Origin: Bacteroidia bacterium
Lineage (GTDB): Bacteria > Bacteroidota > Bacteroidia > NS11-12g > UBA9320
NCBI GenBank assembly: GCA_965216465.1
Contig: CBDCFW010000005.1
Coordinates: forward strand, 64,001-128,000
Direction of reading: 5' to 3'
Length of the DNA stretch: 64,000 bases
Shown here in pieces: positions 58,574 through 64,000 of this stretch (its first letter is position 1; each line of letters begins with the position of its first letter). Both the position numbers and the translations under genes were made by a program. Under the pieces are notes generated by a model. That model saw nothing but the letters and a program-made list of their open reading frames with translations, did not search any database and was not told where the DNA came from.

Positions 58574-60337
58574 TTAAATCAACTCAAATTGCTTTTGAAA
58601 CAATTCGAAATAAGCTCCCTCTTTTTCCATCAATTCTTCGTGACTTCCTTGTTCAATTACACGTCCTCTATCCATCACCAAAATAGAATCAGCCTCTTTT
58701 ATGGTTGAAAGTCTATGGGCAATAATTATGCTGGTTCTGCCTTGCATTAATCGTTTGGTAGCTTCTTGTATGAGTTCTTCAGTTTCTGAGTCAACACTTG
58801 AGGTTGCCTCATCTAAGATTAGTACTTTAGGATCAAATGCCAGTGCACGAATAAAACTTATAAGTTGACGTTGGCCCACAGAAAGCGTCGAACCTCTTTC
58901 CATTACATCATATTCCCATTGATTAGGAAGTGCTTCGATAAACTTTTCGGCACCAATCAGTGTGGCTGCTTCGTGCATTTTTTCTTGAGTAATGGTTGAG
59001 TCTTTTAAACGCACATTCTCCTCAATTGAACCCGCAAAAAGAAAAACCTCTTGCAACACAACGCCAATTTGCTTTCTCAACTCGTGCAAATCAAAATTGT
59101 TCACATTTACTCCGTCGATTAAAATTTCACCTTTTTGAATCGTATACAACTTGGTGATTAAGCTGATTATCGACGATTTTCCTGCACCTGTAGCTCCAAC
59201 AATGGCCAAGCTTTTTCCTGCTTTTATATCAAAGCTTACCTCTTTGAGTACAGGTTCGTTTTCGACGTAAGAGAAACCAACATTGTTAAATTGAATATTG
59301 CCTTCAATTTCCTTTACAACTTCCCCAGACTCTTCAACTTGGGATTGATCATCAATCAGTTTAAAAATACGTTCGCTGCTCACCATTCCCATTTGCATCG
59401 TATTAAAACGGTCTGCAATTGTTCTAATCGGACGAAAGATCATGCCGATATACATCACAAATGCTGTAATCAATCCAGCACTTGCAGCATTTGGAGAGCC
59501 AGCACTCCACCAAATAATTAAACCCAGTGCAATACTGCTAAGGATCTCTACAATTGGGAAGTAGATCGCATAATAGAATATTGATTTCTTATAGGCATCG
59601 AGGTGGCCTCGGTTAATTTTCTCAAATTTTGAATATTCTTGATCCTGTTTCCCGAATAATTGCACTACCTCCATACCCACGATTTGCTCTTGAACAAATG
59701 CGTTTAACTCTGAAACTTTCGCTCTAACCTGCTGAAACGATTTACGAACTCCTCGTCGAAAGTACTCCGATGCAATTAGTAAGATAGGCAACACGGCAAG
59801 AGAGATTAGGGTTAGCTGCCAACTTGTAATAAACATGATAATTAGAATCAATCCCAGCTGAGCAATATCCCCAATAATAGAAATCAAACCTTGAGAGAAG
59901 ACATTCGAAATAGTTTCGACGTCAGATACAGATCGTGTAACCAGTGTACCCACCTTGCTATTGTCAAAAAACGAGCTATTAAGCGATAGAATGTGATTAT
60001 AAACCCGCATACGCAAGTCCTTAATTACATTTTGACCTATTAGATTAACAATATAAGTATGACCAAATAGAACGCTACTCTGTAAAATAATATGAGCAAA
60101 GATGTAACCTGAAAAGAGTAAGATGCCTTGGGTGTCTTTGTTCGCAATGTGATTATCAATAGTAAACTGAACAAGCAAAGGACGTATAGGAGCAAGCCCT
60201 GTTAACAAGAGCGTGAGTATAGTCCCCACCACAAAGTGTTTGCGATAAGGTTTGGCTAGCTTTAAGATTCGCCAAATCAGCTTGATATCAAACTTTGCAC
60301 TATTTTGTTGTTCTGAACTCATTCCAATTGTATCCAA
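58574..60337 (-). CDS. ABC transporter, fused permease/ATPase (MsbA/MdlB-like)
   Basis: Six-TM domain, GATGAGKSS, LSVGQRQ, ILDEATS and AHRLST. Start may be ATG 60322. Confidence 0.93.
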   Translation of the reverse strand: MDTIGMSSEQQNSAKFDIKLIWRILKLAKPYRKHFVVGTILTLLLTGLAPIRPLLVQFTIDNHIANKDTQGILLFSGYIFAHIILQSSVLFGHTYIVNLIGQNVIKDLRMRVYNHILSLNSSFFDNSKVGTLVTRSVSDVETISNVFSQGLISIIGDIAQLGLILIIMFITSWQLTLISLAVLPILLIASEYFRRGVRKSFQQVRAKVSELNAFVQEQIVGMEVVQLFGKQDQEYSKFEKINRGHLDAYKKSIFYYAIYFPIVEILSSIALGLIIWWSAGSPNAASAGLITAFVMYIGMIFRPIRTIADRFNTMQMGMVSSERIFKLIDDQSQVEESGEVVKEIEGNIQFNNVGFSYVENEPVLKEVSFDIKAGKSLAIVGATGAGKSSIISLITKLYTIQKGEILIDGVNVNNFDLHELRKQIGVVLQEVFLFAGSIEENVRLKDSTITQEKMHEAATLIGAEKFIEALPNQWEYDVMERGSTLSVGQRQLISFIRALAFDPKVLILDEATSSVDSETEELIQEATKRLMQGRTSIIIAHRLSTIKEADSILVMDRGRVIEQGSHEELMEKEGAYFELFQKQFELI

Positions 60338-61049
60338 CTTCGGCTAGGTATAGGCCTCTAGCCGCAACACTTTTTCCCGAATTGCTTCTGTTTTTACTTT
60401 TAATTATTTCTTTCAATTGCTCAATTGACACATCGCCATAGCCAACATCCAATAAAGTTCCAACAAGTGCTCTTACCATATTTCGTAAAAAGCGATCGGC
60501 CTTCACATGAAACTCTAAGCCATCTTTTGTTTCAATCCATTTACACTCCATCAAATCGCAAAGTGTAGTTTTATTGTCTGAACCACTTTTGCAAAATGAA
60601 GCGAAATCACGATGTTTTAACAACTCAGCACACCCGTTGTTCATTTTAATAATATCAGGCTGCCTCCAAAGGTGCAAATGTTCATCAATTAGAAATGGAT
60701 TTTTTCGAAAGCTCGTCTTGTAAATGTACTTTCTATACGTCGCATCGAAACGTGAATGAAAGTTATCCTTTACTTCAAAACAGTCATAAATGGCCACATC
60801 TTTGGGCAAAATTTGATTCAGTCTAAAAATAAACTTTGATGGAATTACATCATCAAAATCAAAATGCAAAAAGTACTGAGAGGCATGAACTGCAGTATCG
60901 GTTCTTCCACATCCTACCACGCTAGTTTTAACTCTTAAAATTCGAGTAAGAGCCTCTTCAATAACCTGTTGCACAGTAATGCTGTTATCTTGAAATTGCC
61001 AGCCATGGTAGTTGGTTCCTTTGTATGCTATTTCTAATACGTAGCGCAA
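60300..61049 (-). CDS. truA: tRNA pseudouridine(38-40) synthase
   Basis: YKGTNYHGWQ, GRTDTAVHA and FLRNMVR. Confidence 0.96.
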   Translation of the reverse strand: MRYVLEIAYKGTNYHGWQFQDNSITVQQVIEEALTRILRVKTSVVGCGRTDTAVHASQYFLHFDFDDVIPSKFIFRLNQILPKDVAIYDCFEVKDNFHSRFDATYRKYIYKTSFRKNPFLIDEHLHLWRQPDIIKMNNGCAELLKHRDFASFCKSGSDNKTTLCDLMECKWIETKDGLEFHVKADRFLRNMVRALVGTLLDVGYGDVSIEQLKEIIKSKNRSNSGKSVAARGLYLAEVGYNWNEFRTTK

Positions 61050-61107
61050 AATCGCAGCAAATATATTTTCGTTTGCTACCTTATGATTATTTATTTAGAG
61101 GTAATTC

Positions 61108-61115
61108 TATTTTTG
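61108..61115 (+). promoter_or_regulatory. Bacteroidota -7 element (TATTTTTG) for ftcD
   Basis: TAnnTTTG 19 bp before the ATG at 61135. Confidence 0.55.
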
Positions 61116-61134
61116 CCATCATTTTTAAGCAAGC

Positions 61135-62823
61135 ATGAATCAGAAACTAATTGAATGCGTACCCAATTTTAGTGAGGGTAGAGATCTTGGAGTAATCAAA
61201 CAAATCACCAACGAAATTGAAAGCGTTGAAGGTGTAAAGCTTTTGGATGTAGATCCGGGGCAAGCAACCAACAGAACGGTAGTTACCTTTGTTGGTACTC
61301 CGGAAGCTGTAGTCTCTGCCGCATACAAGGCAATTGTAAAGGCGGGTGAGCTGATTGATATGAGCAAGCATTCAGGAGAACATGCTCGAATGGGAGCTAC
61401 AGATGTTTGTCCGTTCATTCCTGTTGCAAACATTTCTATGGAGGAAACTGCAGAATGGGCAACAAAGCTTGCAAAACAGGTTGGAGAAACTACTGATATT
61501 CCTACCTATCTGTATGGTGCTTCACAGCCAGACACCAATCGAAATGTACTTTCTGTAATTCGTGCAGGAGAATACGAAGGTTTCTTCGATAAAATTAAAA
61601 AACCCGAATGGAAACCAGACTTTGGACCAGCAGTTTACAATGCTCGTTCTGGTGCTACGGTAATTGGTGCTCGTGATTTCTTAATTGCTTACAATGTGAA
61701 CTTGAATACCAAGTCTACGCGAATTGCAAATAGAATCGCATTTGATGTTCGAGAGACTGGTCGTGTAAAACGTGAGGGAAATCCATACAATGGGAAAATA
61801 GTTAAAGATGAAAATGGTGAATCGGTACGAATTCCTGGTGCTTGCAAAGCAGTACAAGCAGTGGGATGGTTTATCGACGAATATGATGTGGCTCAAGTTT
61901 CTGCTAACTTGACAAATTTCAATATCACACCAATTCATATATTCTTTGATGAAGTTCAAAAAAGTGCGATTAGCAGAGGTATTCGAATTACAGGGAGTGA
62001 GTTGGTTGGATTAATTCCATTACAAGCAATGCTTGATGCAGGACGACACTATTTAACAAAGCAAGGAAGATCTTTAGGCGTAAGCGACGGTGAATTAATT
62101 CACATTGCAGTTAAGTCGTTAGGACTAGATGAACTTGCACCATTTGACCCTCAAAAGAAAATTATTGAATACCAACTTCGCTCATTAGAGGACGAAAAAC
62201 TGATCAGTATGACGGCCAAAGATTTGGCAAATGAAACAGCATCTGAGAGTATGGCCCCTGGAGGAGGAAGTATATCTGCCTATGTCGGGGCATTGGGTGC
62301 CTCTTTAGGAACTATGGTTGCAAACTTGTCGGCAAACAAGCCAGGATGGGAAGACAAGTTAGACTATTTTTCTCCCCTTGCAGTTGAAGGACAAAAAATT
62401 AAAGATGAGTTGCTTTACCTCGTTGATGAAGATACCCGATCATTCAATGGAATCATTTCGGCAATCAGAATGCCTAAAGATACCGATGAGGATAAAAAGT
62501 TAAGAAGTGAGGCCATCGAGTTGGCAAGTCAATATGCGGCGGAAGTGCCTTACCGCGTTATGCAAACCTCATTCAGCATGAAGAACTTGTTAGCTGAAAT
62601 GGTAAAATCGGGTAACCCTGCATCCATTACGGATGCTGGAGTTGGTGCCTTATGTGCTCTTACAGCTGTGCAAGGAGCTTATATGAATGTGATGATTAAC
62701 ATCAAAGATTTAGGCGACAAGAATTTTGCCGAAGAATTAGGAGCTAATGCTCAAAATGTTCTGGAACAAGCTAAGCGTGAATTGGGTGACTTGATCGATC
62801 AAGTTAACGCCAGTTTGGTTTAG
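61135..62823 (+). CDS. ftcD: Bifunctional glutamate formimidoyltransferase / formiminotetrahydrofolate cyclodeaminase
   Basis: ECVPNFSEGR, HARMGATDVCPF and SELVGL, plus a cyclodeaminase domain (APGGGS, GNPASITDAGVG). Confidence 0.94.
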   Translation: MNQKLIECVPNFSEGRDLGVIKQITNEIESVEGVKLLDVDPGQATNRTVVTFVGTPEAVVSAAYKAIVKAGELIDMSKHSGEHARMGATDVCPFIPVANISMEETAEWATKLAKQVGETTDIPTYLYGASQPDTNRNVLSVIRAGEYEGFFDKIKKPEWKPDFGPAVYNARSGATVIGARDFLIAYNVNLNTKSTRIANRIAFDVRETGRVKREGNPYNGKIVKDENGESVRIPGACKAVQAVGWFIDEYDVAQVSANLTNFNITPIHIFFDEVQKSAISRGIRITGSELVGLIPLQAMLDAGRHYLTKQGRSLGVSDGELIHIAVKSLGLDELAPFDPQKKIIEYQLRSLEDEKLISMTAKDLANETASESMAPGGGSISAYVGALGASLGTMVANLSANKPGWEDKLDYFSPLAVEGQKIKDELLYLVDEDTRSFNGIISAIRMPKDTDEDKKLRSEAIELASQYAAEVPYRVMQTSFSMKNLLAEMVKSGNPASITDAGVGALCALTAVQGAYMNVMINIKDLGDKNFAEELGANAQNVLEQAKRELGDLIDQVNASLV

Positions 62824-62912
62824 GGCACGTCGTTAGTGTGCAATAAATTTTGTCGATTTTTAGTTAATATTGTATCAAATTGATAATTTGACTTAAATTG
62901 CGACCGAAGTTT

Positions 62913-63959
62913 ATGAAAAAAGCACTTACAATCCTTTTCATATTTGCAGCTACCTACTCTTTTGCTCAGCAGGATCCTTACTACACACATTTTAAGAATG
63001 TACAACAAGCATATAATCCAGCTGCGGCCGGCGTTCACTATGGCGATATTTGTCTAAGTGGATTAACTCACCACCAGTGGAGAGACTTTGATGATCAAAC
63101 ACAAGTTAGAGGATCAGACATAGACCCTACTTTCACGGGAGGAGAGAATGTAGCTCCGGTTACTTACAACCTAAATGTTGGAACAGCATTTAAATTAACA
63201 GAAGACAGTATGAACTTTATCGGTGCCGGTTTAACCGTTATTGACGATAAAATTGGATACACACGTGGAACTTCAATTATGTTGAACCTAAACTATAAGC
63301 GATTGCTTCAAGGCGGATTCAGCGAAATTGCTGCTGGTGTTGGACTTGGAGGAACCCAATGGGGTTATGACAAGCCAGCATATAAAGCTTTTCACGATAA
63401 CGATCCTTTGGTACCTATTGGATCAGCTAACGAAATGAAGTTAGATGTAAACTTTGGTGTACACTACAAGCAACGCAGAATGTTAAATGTAATTGAAAAC
63501 TTCTACGCAGGGGTTTCTGTTACGAACTTAAACAGTGCATTGTACAATGTAGGTTTTCAAGGATCAACAACGGAGAGACAATTTGTTCCTCACTACTATG
63601 CTATTGTAGGAGGTGATTACAATCTAAATGGGAACATCGTTTTAGAACCGGCTATTCTCGGGAAGTTTGCCTTGGTAGGAAGTGAATACAAACCTCAATT
63701 CGACGCAAACGTGACCGCTCTATATGCTGGGACTTTAAGGGGTGGAATTGGTTGGAGACAGTGGGCTAACGCAGATGCTGCATCCTTATTGTTAGGATAT
63801 GTAGCTAGCCCGTTAGAAATAGGCTATTCATATGATATTACAGTTTCGAACGTACAAAAAGTAAGTAACGGTACACATGAGATATTTGTAAAATATTGCA
63901 TTCCAATTGTGAACCAGAAGAATCCACCAATTATTCGACTTACACCTCGATTCTTGTAA
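62913..63959 (+). CDS. T9SS outer membrane protein, PorP/SprF family
   Basis: AQQDPYYT...YNPAAAG, HQW and IGYSYD...GTHEI signature; start at ATG 62913. Confidence 0.9.
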   Translation: MKKALTILFIFAATYSFAQQDPYYTHFKNVQQAYNPAAAGVHYGDICLSGLTHHQWRDFDDQTQVRGSDIDPTFTGGENVAPVTYNLNVGTAFKLTEDSMNFIGAGLTVIDDKIGYTRGTSIMLNLNYKRLLQGGFSEIAAGVGLGGTQWGYDKPAYKAFHDNDPLVPIGSANEMKLDVNFGVHYKQRRMLNVIENFYAGVSVTNLNSALYNVGFQGSTTERQFVPHYYAIVGGDYNLNGNIVLEPAILGKFALVGSEYKPQFDANVTALYAGTLRGGIGWRQWANADAASLLLGYVASPLEIGYSYDITVSNVQKVSNGTHEIFVKYCIPIVNQKNPPIIRLTPRFL

Positions 63960-64000
63960 CAATTAAAAAACTGCTATACTAAACTACTAATCAAAACGTT

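Noticed and set aside
61135-62823. Eukaryote-like fused FTCD, and likewise the type 2 IleRS at 13882-17187, as horizontal acquisitions
   Set aside because: Both forms are, to my knowledge, common in Bacteroidota, and they sit in ordinary context with no compositional anomaly.
716-63038. Numerous 60-150 aa ORFs antisense to or nested in long genes (e.g. 7393-7836, 16821-17240, 61140-61433)
   Set aside because: These are shadow ORFs fully overlapping well-supported genes, with no recognisable motifs.
1-64000. tRNA, rRNA, IS elements, integrases, prophage or defence systems
   Set aside because: None was recognised. Intergenic gaps are short and every long ORF has a non-mobile assignment.

Overview
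An AT-rich chromosomal segment from a Bacteroidota bacterium. The assignment rests on TAnnTTTG -7 promoter motifs, five proteins with T9SS C-terminal sorting domains, a PorP/SprF gene and typical gene order (ileS-dksA-lspA, recF-DUF721, TPR-ribH). Most of the window is housekeeping (dapB, lepB, fmt, mltG, ileS, lspA, ychF, rpe, recF, pdhA, ribH, trpS, truA, ftcD). I found no rRNA, tRNA, CRISPR array, transposase or phage gene. The dominant unusual element is a 9.6 kb gene for a ~3,210-aa T9SS cargo protein. Its core is 47 tandem 147-bp (49-aa, two-Cys, Ser/Thr-rich) units that are nearly identical in protein but carry combinatorial synonymous variation and higher-order block duplications. Other points worth checking are a TPR-adenylate cyclase/Crp/SRPBCC module with a perfect FNR-type palindrome over the regulator's own stop codon, a 7-heme TPR cytochrome next to rhodanese and ferredoxin genes, a metallothionein-like Cys-repeat lipoprotein, a 49-aa membrane ORF missed by the ORF track, an ECF/ZAS/thioredoxin module and two hairpin-rich intergenic regions. 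All functional calls come from motif recognition by eye; no database searches were run.
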